A DNA stretch of 61,359 bases, filler included, from 5 parts of 5 records of this genome joined end to end with filler, not necessarily neighbours in it; one strand, 5' to 3'; positions 47,574 through 57,745 are shown, counted from the first letter of the whole stretch. The notes: generated from the sequence alone by a model not told the origin. A program made the numbers and translations.

Positions 47574-50339
47574 CTATTTCAAAAACTGACCAGTAGCGCT
47601 GTCGGGGTTAGCGAGAATTTCTTCGGGCGTACCGCTGGCGACGATTTGGCCGCCGTGCTCGCCTCCGCCGGGACCGAGATCGAGGACATGATCGGACGCC
47701 ATGATAACGTCGGTGTTGTGCTCGATAACGATGACAGTGGCGTTCTTGTCGACAAGAGCATGAAGAACACGGATGAGCTTGCCGACCTCGTGCATGTGTA
47801 GACCGGTGGTGGGCTCGTCGAGAATGTAGAGCGCACCGGGCAGCTTGCGCTTGCCAAGCTCGCGGGAGATTTTGATGCGCTGCGCTTCACCGCCGGAAAG
47901 CGTTGTAGCGGGCTGGCCAAGCTTGAGATATTCAAGACCGACCTGAGCGAGCACGTCGAGCTTGCGCATGAGGGAAGGATGGTTGGCGAAAAATTCACGG
48001 GCCTGACGCACGGTCATGTTGAGCACGTCCGCGATGTTCTTGCCCTTGTACTCCACTTCAAGCGTCTGGGCGTTGTACCGCTTACCTTTGCAGGCTTCGC
48101 AGGTGACGTACACGTCGGGCAGGAAATGCATTTCGACGCGAATTTGGCCGTCCCCCTTACAGGCTTCACACCGCCCACCCTTGACGTTGAAAGAGAATCG
48201 TCCGGGCTGATAGCCACGTGTACGCGCTTCTTTGGAACCGGCAAATATTTTACGAATCTCGTCGAAGATTTTGGTATAGGTGGCGGGATTGGAACGCGGC
48301 GTCCGACCAATGGGCGTCTGGTCGATGGAAATGACCTTTTCGATCTTTTCAAGACCGTCGATACCACCGATTTTTCCGGGGTTGTTGGCTTTCTGCCCAC
48401 GATGCAACAGCAAATGCTTGTACATGGAATCCATGACGAGCGAAGACTTGCCCGAACCGGATACGCCGGTCACACAGGTCATGACGCCAAGCGGAATTTC
48501 CACATCAAGATTCTTGAGATTGTTGGTCTGCACACTGCGAAGGGTGATGAATTCCTTGGCCTTGCGACGAGATTCGGGCGGCTCGATAAACATGTCGCCA
48601 CGCAAATATTTGCCGGTCAGGGAATCCGCTGTAAGCAACTTGTCCACGGGACCTTGATACACAATTTCACCACCAAGCCAGCCCGAACTGGGGCCGATTT
48701 CGATGACGTGATCCGCTTCGCGAATGGTCTCCTCGTCATGCTCGACCACGAGCACAGTGTTTCCCCGACGTTGCAGGGAACGAAGCGTGTCGAGAAGCCG
48801 CTGATTGTCGCGAGGATGCAAACCGATGGACGGCTCATCAAGAACATAGGTTACACCGACCAGACCGGAACCGAGCTGAGAGGCAAGACGAATACGCTGG
48901 GCTTCACCACCGGACAGGGTGCCCATATTGCGACCAAGCGACAAGTATTCAAGGCCTACGTTGACCATAAAGCCGAGCTTGTGAGTCAATTCCTTGAGCA
49001 ATGGTTCGGAAATAAGCGTGTCATGCCCGGAAAAATCAAGCGCATTCAACCAGTCGAGCGCACGTTGAATGGACATGGACGCAAACTCGTACATATTCTT
49101 GTCTGCCACTCGTACGGCAAGGGCTTCAGGCTTGAGGCGCGCACCCTTGCAATCAGGACATGGTCGCGACTGCTGAAACCGGGCAGTCCAATGATCCCAT
49201 ACGCCGGACTGCATCTGGCCGTATTCAAGAATGGGGACGATCCCCTGCCAGTTGACCTTGGGGTTGCCGTAAAACAAATCATCCCATGCTTCGGCTGAAA
49301 AATCTGATAGCGGAGAGTCCAATGTGATATCGTGTATTTTGCACAGCGCCTTGAGCTTCGGTCCGTATTGCTCCTGTCGGTAGGCGGATTTCCACGGGAT
49401 CACACCGCCTTCGTTCAGAGAAAGGCCCTTGTTGGGTGCAATGAGATCAGGCTCAAAATATTCGACAGTGCCGATGCCGTTGCAAGTGGGACACGCCCCC
49501 TGCGGTGAGTTGAAGGAAAAGAGCTGCGGGGTCAAACGCGGCATGGAAATTTTGCAAGACGGACAGGTCGACAGAGTAGACATAAGAATGTCGCCGGGAT
49601 TGTCGCCACCAACGACTGCGATGGTCAAACGCTCATCGCCACGTTCAAGAGCCAGTTCCACGGAATCCGTGAGTCGTTTCTTGATGCCATCTTTGATGAC
49701 GAGACGATCCACGACTAAATCAATGGTGTGCTTCTTGTGCTTTTCAAGCTCCGGCACGTCGTCGAGGGTGTACATCTGCCCACCGATACGGACTCGTACA
49801 AAGCCTTCTTTTTTGAGCTTGGCAAACAGATCCTTGTGCGTGCCTTTCTGATGCTCAATCAGTGGTGCCAGCAACATGAACTTAGTCCCCTGCTCCATAG
49901 CGAGGATGGTCTGCACGATTTCATCCGTAGTCTGGGCCGCGATAGCCTTGCCACACTTGGGACAATAAAACTTGCCGAGCCGCGCGTAGAATACACGCAG
50001 GAAATCATAAACTTCGGTCACAGTGCCGACCGTGGAACGCGGGTTGCGGGTAGCTGTCTGCTGTTCCAAGGAGATTGCGGGGGACAACCCCTCGACCTTA
50101 TCCACATCCGGCTTGTCCATCTGGGGCAGAAACTGACGAGCGTATGCGGACAGGGATTCGACATACCGCCGTTGCCCTTCGGCATAAACGATGTCGAACG
50201 CAAGCGTGGATTTACCCGAGCCTGACGGACCACACACCACGACCAACTGATCGCGGGGGATGTCCAAAGTCAGGTCCTTGAGATTGTGATGCCGGGCGCC
50301 TTCTATATGAATGGATTTCTTGTCTGCTGATTGAGTCAT
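47574..50339 (-). CDS. uvrA: Excinuclease ABC subunit A
   Basis: Two ABC ATPase modules (GPSGSGKS, GVSGSGKS, LSGGEAQRI), zinc fingers, EGQRRYVESLS; likely ATG at 50339. Confidence 0.97.
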   Translation of the reverse strand: MTQSADKKSIHIEGARHHNLKDLTLDIPRDQLVVVCGPSGSGKSTLAFDIVYAEGQRRYVESLSAYARQFLPQMDKPDVDKVEGLSPAISLEQQTATRNPRSTVGTVTEVYDFLRVFYARLGKFYCPKCGKAIAAQTTDEIVQTILAMEQGTKFMLLAPLIEHQKGTHKDLFAKLKKEGFVRVRIGGQMYTLDDVPELEKHKKHTIDLVVDRLVIKDGIKKRLTDSVELALERGDERLTIAVVGGDNPGDILMSTLSTCPSCKISMPRLTPQLFSFNSPQGACPTCNGIGTVEYFEPDLIAPNKGLSLNEGGVIPWKSAYRQEQYGPKLKALCKIHDITLDSPLSDFSAEAWDDLFYGNPKVNWQGIVPILEYGQMQSGVWDHWTARFQQSRPCPDCKGARLKPEALAVRVADKNMYEFASMSIQRALDWLNALDFSGHDTLISEPLLKELTHKLGFMVNVGLEYLSLGRNMGTLSGGEAQRIRLASQLGSGLVGVTYVLDEPSIGLHPRDNQRLLDTLRSLQRRGNTVLVVEHDEETIREADHVIEIGPSSGWLGGEIVYQGPVDKLLTADSLTGKYLRGDMFIEPPESRRKAKEFITLRSVQTNNLKNLDVEIPLGVMTCVTGVSGSGKSSLVMDSMYKHLLLHRGQKANNPGKIGGIDGLEKIEKVISIDQTPIGRTPRSNPATYTKIFDEIRKIFAGSKEARTRGYQPGRFSFNVKGGRCEACKGDGQIRVEMHFLPDVYVTCEACKGKRYNAQTLEVEYKGKNIADVLNMTVRQAREFFANHPSLMRKLDVLAQVGLEYLKLGQPATTLSGGEAQRIKISRELGKRKLPGALYILDEPTTGLHMHEVGKLIRVLHALVDKNATVIVIEHNTDVIMASDHVLDLGPGGGEHGGQIVASGTPEEILANPDSATGQFLK

Positions 50340-50473
50340 TGACCGAGAGTAACCATTCCTGAATAGAAGGCAAGCCGGAAGGAGAAAATGATGGAAATGG
50401 TCAAGTGCACGTTGACTTTCGACACAACGGTCACACTCTAATTCAGATACTAGACTTTTCAAGGAGGGATTTA

Positions 50474-50977
50474 ATGATCAAACCGATGAATGATCTGCCT
50501 ATGGATACAAAAAATCGGGATTGCACCTGTGGTGGTCCACCGGAATTCATAGAAACGGCCTGCCCCAAGTGCGGCGAAAAAGGTGTGCGTGTTAAATCCG
50601 GCACTGTACGATATCTGCTTGATAGCGAACATCGTACTGCTGTCACTGATAAAATATATGGACTGTGTCTTTCGTCAGATTGTGCTGTGTCATGGTATGC
50701 TCAAGATGATTCTCATCACTTTACCACCGACCAGACGGCCACACCGATTTGGACCAAAGCCGACGTTGATCCGATCATGGCCTGTTATTGTAATAAGATC
50801 ACCAAAGAGATGGTGTTTGACGCAGTAAAAACCAACGGTTTAAATGACATGCAAAGCATCATTGAGCATTACCGAAATGAAATGAAATCCATGTGTGCCG
50901 TAAAAAATCCCACAGGAAAATGTTGTTCAGAGGCATTCAATGTGATGATTCAGGAAGCCAAAAAGTTACGACGGTAA
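50474..50977 (+). CDS. CopZ-N-terminal-like zinc / BFD-like [2Fe-2S] protein
   Basis: AAGGAGG RBS; CPKCG..G..VK..TV, LC...DC.V.WY, CYC, C..KNP.GKCC. Confidence 0.8.
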   Translation: MIKPMNDLPMDTKNRDCTCGGPPEFIETACPKCGEKGVRVKSGTVRYLLDSEHRTAVTDKIYGLCLSSDCAVSWYAQDDSHHFTTDQTATPIWTKADVDPIMACYCNKITKEMVFDAVKTNGLNDMQSIIEHYRNEMKSMCAVKNPTGKCCSEAFNVMIQEAKKLRR

Positions 50978-51082
50978 GCAGTGAGTTTGTTTTAAACACA
51001 ATTTGATTCCAGACGTAACCGGCAGACATAAAACTACAATGTAAAGGTTTACAGTCGTAGCATTGATGTGTATTTATTCCAC

Positions 51083-51155
51083 GAAGAAAAGCCAAACCCG
51101 TTGCGAAGCGGGGACGGAAAGCCACGGGTCTCATCGAGACCGCCGGGTTGTCAAA
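51083..51155 (+). ncRNA. Cyclic dinucleotide GEMM-I (c-di-GMP-I class) riboswitch aptamer
   Basis: GCCAAA-CCCGUU-GCGA-AGCGGG-GAC-GG-AAAGCC-AC-GGGUCUC...GAGAC-CG-CCGGGUUG: P2 with GNRA loop, GAC bulge and P3 as in the GEMM-I consensus; upstream of an HD-GYP gene. Confidence 0.85.
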
Positions 51156-51227
51156 GCCTTACTCCTCGAATTCACGTACTACGGTCTCTGACTGCTTTGG
51201 CTTCTCCGCTTTCCCAAGGAAAAAAGA

Positions 51228-52235
51228 ATGCAGGACGCAACAGCGACTGGGATCGAAAACGAAGAGTCCCAAAAAATATCAGCGAACAATGTTTTTAAAG
51301 TGTCGCCATACATGGTCATCCCTTCCAGGGTCGGCGGTTTTTCGCTGTATCTGAAACAGGATAAAAACTTTGTGCTGTATGCGGAAAAAGGTGTCCTGTT
51401 TACCGAAGAGCATACCAAGCGTCTCATTATGCTTGATGTAAAGCACTTGTATGTCAAAGCATCAGACTACGCTTTTTATACAAGTTACCTTCAGGACAAC
51501 ATCATGGAGGTGCTGGAAGATGAATCCATCCCTCTATCCGAACGAGCCAGAGCGTGGAACGACGCCACTGTGGCCATTGCCAAATCAGCTTTTGATCGTT
51601 CACTGCCTGCCCCTGTAGACAAGCGGCAATTCAAACGCATCAAGTCTCTCATCTCCAATTCTCTCACATTTCTAACCCGCGACGATGCTCTGCGCGAACT
51701 GTCTCGATTCATCAGAGAAGGGGACAGCCTGTACCGCCACGGCATTGCCGTCATGGTCCTGACCATTGTCACCCTCGCCACGTTCATGAAAGATGAACAC
51801 GACACGTTGGTGGCCGTCGGCCTTGGGGCCATGCTCCATGACATCGGCAAGTTGGAACTGCCCCAAAATATATTCGTCAACAGATACGAGACCCTTAACC
51901 GTGAAGGCAAAGATCTCGTACGTTCGCATCCTGCGCTTGGTGTAGGCTATTGTTCTTCGCTCCCGCTGCCGCAGGAAACTTTGCAGTGCATTCTTTTCCA
52001 TCACGAACGGGAAGACGGGACAGGGTATCCCTCCGGCTCAACAGGAAACTTTCTTCCAGATTACGTCAAGGTTCTGACCATGTGCAATCTGTATGACAAT
52101 CTGGTCACTGGAAAATATGGTCGTAAAAAAACGCCTTTCGAAGCGTTGACGCACATCCGATCCATGCGAAGTGCCTTTGACCAAAAAATGCTCAAACGAT
52201 TGATTTCAGTGCTTGCCACGTCTGACTTGGCCTAA
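51228..52235 (+). CDS. HD-GYP domain protein
   Basis: YRHG, LHDIGK, SHP..G, HHEREDGTGYP; C-terminal motifs are divergent. Confidence 0.88.
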   Translation: MQDATATGIENEESQKISANNVFKVSPYMVIPSRVGGFSLYLKQDKNFVLYAEKGVLFTEEHTKRLIMLDVKHLYVKASDYAFYTSYLQDNIMEVLEDESIPLSERARAWNDATVAIAKSAFDRSLPAPVDKRQFKRIKSLISNSLTFLTRDDALRELSRFIREGDSLYRHGIAVMVLTIVTLATFMKDEHDTLVAVGLGAMLHDIGKLELPQNIFVNRYETLNREGKDLVRSHPALGVGYCSSLPLPQETLQCILFHHEREDGTGYPSGSTGNFLPDYVKVLTMCNLYDNLVTGKYGRKKTPFEALTHIRSMRSAFDQKMLKRLISVLATSDLA

Positions 52236-52290
52236 ACGCATTGATCTGCGCGGTATTGCCTTTTCTACAGGCTGACGCTAGACAACATCC

Positions 52291-52563
52291 ATGAAGAAGA
52301 GTTCACGCAATCGCCCCAGAAAAAGAATCTGTCCGCCTCCGCCACAGACATCAGCACGCACCTATGTTCGCATCAACACCGCGGACATCGGCTTGTTTCG
52401 TTTTCTATTGGAAGGATATGACAACCTCGGAATTTTCACTGTAGTGAATAAATTCAAAGGGATCTTACTGTTACGATACAGTCCACACCTCAAACGAGAG
52501 GTAAAAGTGTTTTTAAAGGCTGCTGCGACTGAAATGGAACTTGAAATTCTCCCAAGCCTATAA
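52291..52563 (+). CDS. DUF4911-like small protein
   Basis: DIGLFRFLLEGYDNLG.FTVV pattern. Confidence 0.7.
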   Translation: MKKSSRNRPRKRICPPPPQTSARTYVRINTADIGLFRFLLEGYDNLGIFTVVNKFKGILLLRYSPHLKREVKVFLKAAATEMELEILPSL

Positions 52564-52588
52564 GAACACACTTCAAGCAGTGTACATA

Positions 52589-52618
52589 AAGAAGCCGGAG
52601 TTGAAACTCCGGCTTCTT
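52589..52618. terminator. Bidirectional intrinsic terminator
   Basis: AAGAAGCCGGAGT-tgaa-ACTCCGGCTTCTT between convergent genes. Confidence 0.8.
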
Positions 52619-52631
52619 CTCATTCAAAAAG

Positions 52632-53804
52632 CTATTTTCCCATCAAAACTTTACCGACTCTGGAAAGAGCATCATTCAAAGTCTCGTCGTCAACAGCGTA
52701 GGAAAACCGAATACACTTGTCGTCGCCAAACGCAGACCCCGGCACCAGTGCAACGCCAGCTTCTTCCAAAATCTTGGTACACATCGCCGCAGAATTCGGC
52801 GCATCCTCAGTGTAAAATTGATCCAACACCGGGAACAAATAAAATGCACCGTCCGGCTTGGGACATTTTGCTCCCCAACCAGTAATAATATCGTAAGCCA
52901 AGTCACGCCGACGAACAAAAGCTTCCTTCATCTCATCCACAATATCCCAAGGGCCATTCAATGCGGCGAGTGCAGCCTTCTGGGTTATGGAATTGATATT
53001 GGATGTGGATTGCCCTTGAATCTTGCTCATAGCCTTAACCAGATCCTCATGCGCCAAGGCATACCCGACACGCCAACCAGTCATACAAAAGGACTTGGAC
53101 AATGCGCCGACAATGGCGATGGTCTCAGGATACGCTTCCCAGGTCTTGGCAAGTGACACAGGCTCAAACGGAGCATACACCAGACGGTCGTATACTTCAT
53201 CAGAGATAATAAAGATGTCGTTATCCCGTGCCCATTTGGCAATGGCTTCAAGCTGTTCCTGCGTATAACAACAGCCAGTCGGATTGGACGGCGAATTAAG
53301 AGCAAGCACTCGAGTTTTATCAGTACGTGCAGCTTCAAGAGCCTCCACGGTGACAAGATACTTCTCCTCGGCAGTCGTAGGGACGAACACGGAAACGCCA
53401 TCAACCAACTGCACCATGGCCGGATAGCTGACCCAATAAGGAGCCGGAATAAGAACTTCATCGCCGGGATTCACCACGGCCATAAGCAAGTTGTACAGCA
53501 CCTGCTTGCCGCCATTGGAAATAATCGTATTGTCCGCGCCGGTTTTTGCCCCATAAAATTTTGTATAATATCCGGCCACGGCTTCACGCAATTCCGGTAT
53601 CCCCGGCACCGGAGTATAACGTGTGAACCCTTCATCCAAGGCGGCCTTGGCCGCGTCGCAAACATGGGCAGGGGTATCGAAGTCGGGCTGCCCTACTGCC
53701 AGACTGATTACCTCGCGTCCCTGAGCGCGGAGTTCCAAGGCCTTGGCGTTGACAGCCAAAGTCGCGGAAGGTTTGATACGCGTCAGGCGATCTGAAATAC
53801 GCAT
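52632..53804 (-). CDS. aspC: Class I PLP-dependent (aspartate) aminotransferase
   Basis: GQPDFDTP, PYWVSY, NSPSNPTG, SDEVY, LSKSFCMTGWRVGY, GAFY, PGSAFG, IRFSYA. Confidence 0.92.
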   Translation of the reverse strand: MRISDRLTRIKPSATLAVNAKALELRAQGREVISLAVGQPDFDTPAHVCDAAKAALDEGFTRYTPVPGIPELREAVAGYYTKFYGAKTGADNTIISNGGKQVLYNLLMAVVNPGDEVLIPAPYWVSYPAMVQLVDGVSVFVPTTAEEKYLVTVEALEAARTDKTRVLALNSPSNPTGCCYTQEQLEAIAKWARDNDIFIISDEVYDRLVYAPFEPVSLAKTWEAYPETIAIVGALSKSFCMTGWRVGYALAHEDLVKAMSKIQGQSTSNINSITQKAALAALNGPWDIVDEMKEAFVRRRDLAYDIITGWGAKCPKPDGAFYLFPVLDQFYTEDAPNSAAMCTKILEEAGVALVPGSAFGDDKCIRFSYAVDDETLNDALSRVGKVLMGK

Positions 53805-53959
53805 ATGAAGACTCTCTCTTGTTAGGTATTAATGATATGGACCGCTAACCTGCCAATAGACGAAAACAATTCGGACGTAAATCGGGTTTTCCCCCAATCG
53901 GGAAAAAAGTTGCCAAACGCGTTGACCTGTCTATAGGTTCATAGTGCAGAAACAAAGAC

Positions 53960-54466
53960 ATGAACAACACCGACAAGGAGAAACTCATGTCTACATTCAA
54001 GGGGAAACACGCTACGGTTGAACAAGTGATACACCTCGACTTTCCAGCCGAGGATATCTGGCCACAACTCTGCCCTGTGCGCGAATATGATTGGATAGAA
54101 GACTGGGAATGCGAGATACTCCACTCCAAATCCGGATTCAATGAATTGGGTTGCGTCTTCCGCACCGATTTCCCAACAGAAGGCGGCCCGGAAACCTGGT
54201 TCACATGCCGATTCGACCCGATGGAACGTATCGAGTTCGTCCGCACCAGCGCATGGAGAATTGCCCATTACATCATCGAAGTAGAACCGAGCAAAACCGG
54301 GACGACTCTCAAATGGACCCAACATGTGACAGCATTAAACAAGCAGGGAAATGAATACGTGAAACATAAATCAGAAGTATTCAAAGCCACAATAAAAGGA
54401 CTTGAAAAATTGCTCACATATTATCTCGCAACAGGCGAAATGCTGCGGACAAACGACAAAAGCTGA
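53960..54466 (+). CDS. SRPBCC/START-like hypothetical protein
   Basis: IWPQLCPVREYDWIEDW...S.SG..E.GCVF.T pattern and C-terminal helix LTYYLATGEML. Confidence 0.65.
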   Translation: MNNTDKEKLMSTFKGKHATVEQVIHLDFPAEDIWPQLCPVREYDWIEDWECEILHSKSGFNELGCVFRTDFPTEGGPETWFTCRFDPMERIEFVRTSAWRIAHYIIEVEPSKTGTTLKWTQHVTALNKQGNEYVKHKSEVFKATIKGLEKLLTYYLATGEMLRTNDKS

Positions 54467-54483
54467 CAGGAGACCGACAACAT

Positions 54484-55791
54484 ATGTACACTGTTGGAAG
54501 GCTCGCCAAAAAACACGGCCTATCTCGCTCAACACTGCTCTACTACGACCGCATCGGCCTACTCCGACCGAACGGTCACACTAAAGGTGAGTATCGACAG
54601 TATTCGGATGAAGACGATATCCACCTGACAAGGATATGTGAATACCGTAGAGCCGGGATCAGTCTCAAGGCCATTGGCAACATGCTCGACGATCAAGCGG
54701 AAACCGGCGTGGCCACGACTCTGGAAAATCGACTCTCAGAACTGAATCGAGAAATGGACACCTTACGGGAACAGCAACGATTCATCACCAACCTGCTTGG
54801 CCGAACCGACTTGTTGAACGAACAGCAAGTCATGGACAAGGCCACATGGGTTTCTCTGCTCAGTTCCGCCGGATTCAGCGAAAAAGATATGCGACGTTGG
54901 CATGTCCAATTTGAAAAGAGCGCACCTGACAAACATGCGGATTTCCTGCGCCGCCTGCATATACCTGAAGGAGAAATCTCAGCCATCCGAGCAATGGCCG
55001 CAGCACCGCATGCAATATTCAACATCAACAAGGAATCAGGAAAATTCATGGAAATATTCTTTAAAATATACGAAGGACTCGACCGCGAAGGTCCCGGCAG
55101 TTTTGCTATGACACAACGCGCTTACGATATGTGCACTGACCTGCCGGAAAAACCGGAGATTCTCGAATTGGGTTGCGGATCAGGTGGGGCAACTATCCCA
55201 CTGGCGCAGATATCCAACGGCATTGTCACGGCCACAGAAATCTATCACCCCTTCCTCGAAAAAATGGTCGAAAACGCCAAGAAGGCCGGAGTGGAAGAAC
55301 ATATTATTGCCGCAGTCATGGACATGAGCGAAATACAGGCTGAACCGGAGTCCTTTGACCTTATCTGGTGCGAAGGTGCGGCATACATTCTGGGTGTGGA
55401 CAAGGCGCTTGAACAGTGGAAACGCTATCTCAAACCCGGTGGCTGTCTCTGTCTCTCCGACGCGGTCTGGCTCTCGGACGACATCCGTGACAACGCACCT
55501 GAAGAAGTCAAAAAATTCTGGGCCGAAGGCTACCCTGCCATGCGTACTGCCGAAGAAAATAACCGCGCTGGCGAAGCCGCGGGCTATACCACGCTCGGCA
55601 ATTTCACCATCGACACAGCCTGTTGGGATGCTTTCTACAATGACGTTGAACGGCGAATGAACGAAACAGAATCGACCTATGGAACAGACCCGAATGGACG
55701 AGCCATCATCGACATGACCCGCAAGGAAATCGCGCAGTATCGGGATTACCCCGGCACATACGGTTACGAGTTCCACGTCTTCAAAAAATAA
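54484..55791 (+). CDS. MerR-family regulator fused to a class I SAM methyltransferase
   Basis: YTVGRLAK..GLSRSTLLYYDRIGLL, coiled coil, then REGPGS, LELGCGSG, FDLIWCEGA, LKPGG. Confidence 0.9.
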   Translation: MYTVGRLAKKHGLSRSTLLYYDRIGLLRPNGHTKGEYRQYSDEDDIHLTRICEYRRAGISLKAIGNMLDDQAETGVATTLENRLSELNREMDTLREQQRFITNLLGRTDLLNEQQVMDKATWVSLLSSAGFSEKDMRRWHVQFEKSAPDKHADFLRRLHIPEGEISAIRAMAAAPHAIFNINKESGKFMEIFFKIYEGLDREGPGSFAMTQRAYDMCTDLPEKPEILELGCGSGGATIPLAQISNGIVTATEIYHPFLEKMVENAKKAGVEEHIIAAVMDMSEIQAEPESFDLIWCEGAAYILGVDKALEQWKRYLKPGGCLCLSDAVWLSDDIRDNAPEEVKKFWAEGYPAMRTAEENNRAGEAAGYTTLGNFTIDTACWDAFYNDVERRMNETESTYGTDPNGRAIIDMTRKEIAQYRDYPGTYGYEFHVFKK

Positions 55792-55802
55792 CAAACATTC
55801 GC

Positions 55803-55840
55803 AAACGAAGCCCCACTAGCATGGGTGGGGCTTCGTTTCT
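55803..55840 (+). terminator. Intrinsic terminator
   Basis: AAACGAAGCCCCAC-N8-GTGGGGCTTCGTTT. Confidence 0.8.
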
Positions 55841-56106
55841 CCCCCCTCTATCCAGCTCCGTCCGGTCTCTATATGCGCAAAAAAAATCACACCTGAAAAG
55901 GAAGTGAGAACTGTCTGGAAACCTTCATTCTCTAGGTCAGCCCAAATATAGTGAACAAAATATGAATAGTAAAATCATACTATAATGATGTAAAATTAAT
56001 ATTAAGACACCGATTAGCACTGTACTTTATGACAAAAGGCAGACTCTACTATGTTATTTTATGCATAATAGACAGAAATGAAAGCCCATTAACACCTGAA
56101 AAAAGC

Positions 56107-56142
56107 CAACTGTCACGCCTTTTGGTATATTCGTGACAGTTG
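56107..56142. promoter_or_regulatory. TunR-type operator upstream of the mod genes
   Basis: CAACTGTCACG-N14-CGTGACAGTTG, matching the TGTCACG-N14-CGTGACA site I recall for TunR in sulfate reducers. Confidence 0.8.
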
Positions 56143-56270
56143 CTCTATGCTTTACAATTCTTTTTGTGTGTGCATAATGCATCGATGGACAACAAATTAC
56201 TATACTTTTTCAGTGGGAAAAATAGACGCTGCAAAGATATGTTGTCAGACTTTTCAGAGATGGGTTTGTC

Positions 56271-56960
56271 ATGGATATGATGTGGTTTGATTTTACCGAT
56301 GTAGCCTTCACAGGGCCACTGTTGCTGACTCTCAAAGTCGCAGGACTAGCGACGCTTGGGGCGTTGGTGCTCGGTGTGGCCACGGCGTATATACTTGCCC
56401 GATGGGATTTCCCCGGACGAGACTTTCTGGACGCAGTATGCACACTGCCCATGGTCATGCCTCCTACCGTGCTCGGATACTACCTGCTCGTTTTCATCGG
56501 ACGTCGAGGGGTTATCGGAAGCTGGCTGCAAGAACACTTCAATATTACACTCATGTTCACCTGGCAGGGGGCGGTCATCGCTGCCACGGTGGTTGCTTTT
56601 CCATTGGTATTCAAATCCGCTCGTGCCGCACTCGAAGGGGTCGGTGCACATTATGAAAATGCAGCCCGCACCTTGGGACAAGGAGAATTGGCCGTCTTTC
56701 TTCGCGTTTCCCTTCCTTTGGCTTTCAGAGGTGTTCTCTCCGGGGGAATGCTTGCATTTGCCCGTGCCATGGGAGAATTCGGTGCCACCCTTATGGTGGC
56801 CGGTAACCTTCCTGGCAGGACACAAACTCTTTCGCTCGCTGTCTACTCAGCGGTCCAAGCCGGAAACAATGCACTCGCCAATACACTGGTGCTCATCATC
56901 AGTATCGTCTGCGTGATCATCCTCATGACCACAAGCAAATTATTGAAACCTCGTTGTTAA
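56271..56960 (+). CDS. modB: Molybdate ABC transporter permease
   Basis: LPMVMPPTVLGYYLL, AARTLG, FARAMGEFGATLMVAGN.PG.TQT. Confidence 0.95.
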   Translation: MDMMWFDFTDVAFTGPLLLTLKVAGLATLGALVLGVATAYILARWDFPGRDFLDAVCTLPMVMPPTVLGYYLLVFIGRRGVIGSWLQEHFNITLMFTWQGAVIAATVVAFPLVFKSARAALEGVGAHYENAARTLGQGELAVFLRVSLPLAFRGVLSGGMLAFARAMGEFGATLMVAGNLPGRTQTLSLAVYSAVQAGNNALANTLVLIISIVCVIILMTTSKLLKPRC

Positions 56961-56980
56961 CGACCATTCAAGGAGTCATC

Positions 56981-57745
56981 ATGAAACGAACGACTGTTTT
57001 TGCTTCTATTGTTTTCTCTCTCTTTCTTGTTGCCGGGACCGCCACTGGTTCCATGGCCCAAGAGCTCATCGTGTCTGCCGCTGCTAGTCTGACCGACGCA
57101 TTCAGCGACATAGAACCCGCCTTTGAAGCGGCCCATCCCGGCGTGGATGTAGTTATGAACTTTGCTTCATCCGGTGCTTTATACCGCCAGATAGAACAGG
57201 GCGCTCCGGCTGATGTTTATGCCTCCGCCAATCCCAAATGGATGAAAAAGGCCGTTGACAAAGGCTTCGTCAACAAAAATGACGCCAAGGTCTTCGCTCG
57301 CAACTCTCTGGTGCTGGCAACCCCGGCAGACAATCCGGCTGGCGTAAAGACGTTGAATGATCTCACTGGCTCAACGGTGAAATCCATTGGTATCGGCACA
57401 CCCGAGACCGTTCCTGCCGGCCAATATGCCAAGGGCGCACTGACCGCTCAAAGTCTGTATGAAAAACTGACGCCCAAGATGATCTTTGGCGAATCCGTCC
57501 GTCAGATTCTCGATTACCTGTCCCGCGATGAAATCGATTGTGGTTTTGTCTACCGTACTGATGCTGTCAAAGCAGGCAAAAAAGTGACCATCATTGAGGA
57601 AATTCCTCTTGAGAAGCCTGTCACCTACCCCATTTCAGTACTCAAGCAGTCCAGCGAGCAGGATATCGCCAAAGCCTTTGTGGAGTTCGTCCGCAGCGAC
57701 GCCGGTGCTTCCCTGTTGGAAGGACGCGGCTTCAAGCGCCCCTAA
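56981..57745 (+). CDS. modA: Molybdate ABC transporter substrate-binding protein
   Basis: AGGAG RBS, signal peptide, SAAASL, FASSGAL..QIEQGAPADV.ASA, VPAGQYA, GFVY.TDA. Confidence 0.95.
   Translation: MKRTTVFASIVFSLFLVAGTATGSMAQELIVSAAASLTDAFSDIEPAFEAAHPGVDVVMNFASSGALYRQIEQGAPADVYASANPKWMKKAVDKGFVNKNDAKVFARNSLVLATPADNPAGVKTLNDLTGSTVKSIGIGTPETVPAGQYAKGALTAQSLYEKLTPKMIFGESVRQILDYLSRDEIDCGFVYRTDAVKAGKKVTIIEEIPLEKPVTYPISVLKQSSEQDIAKAFVEFVRSDAGASLLEGRGFKRP

Noticed and set aside
53921-53950. MerR-type promoter TTGACC with ACCT-N6-AGGT dyad
   Set aside because: The dyad is short and there is no convincing -10 at 19-bp spacing.
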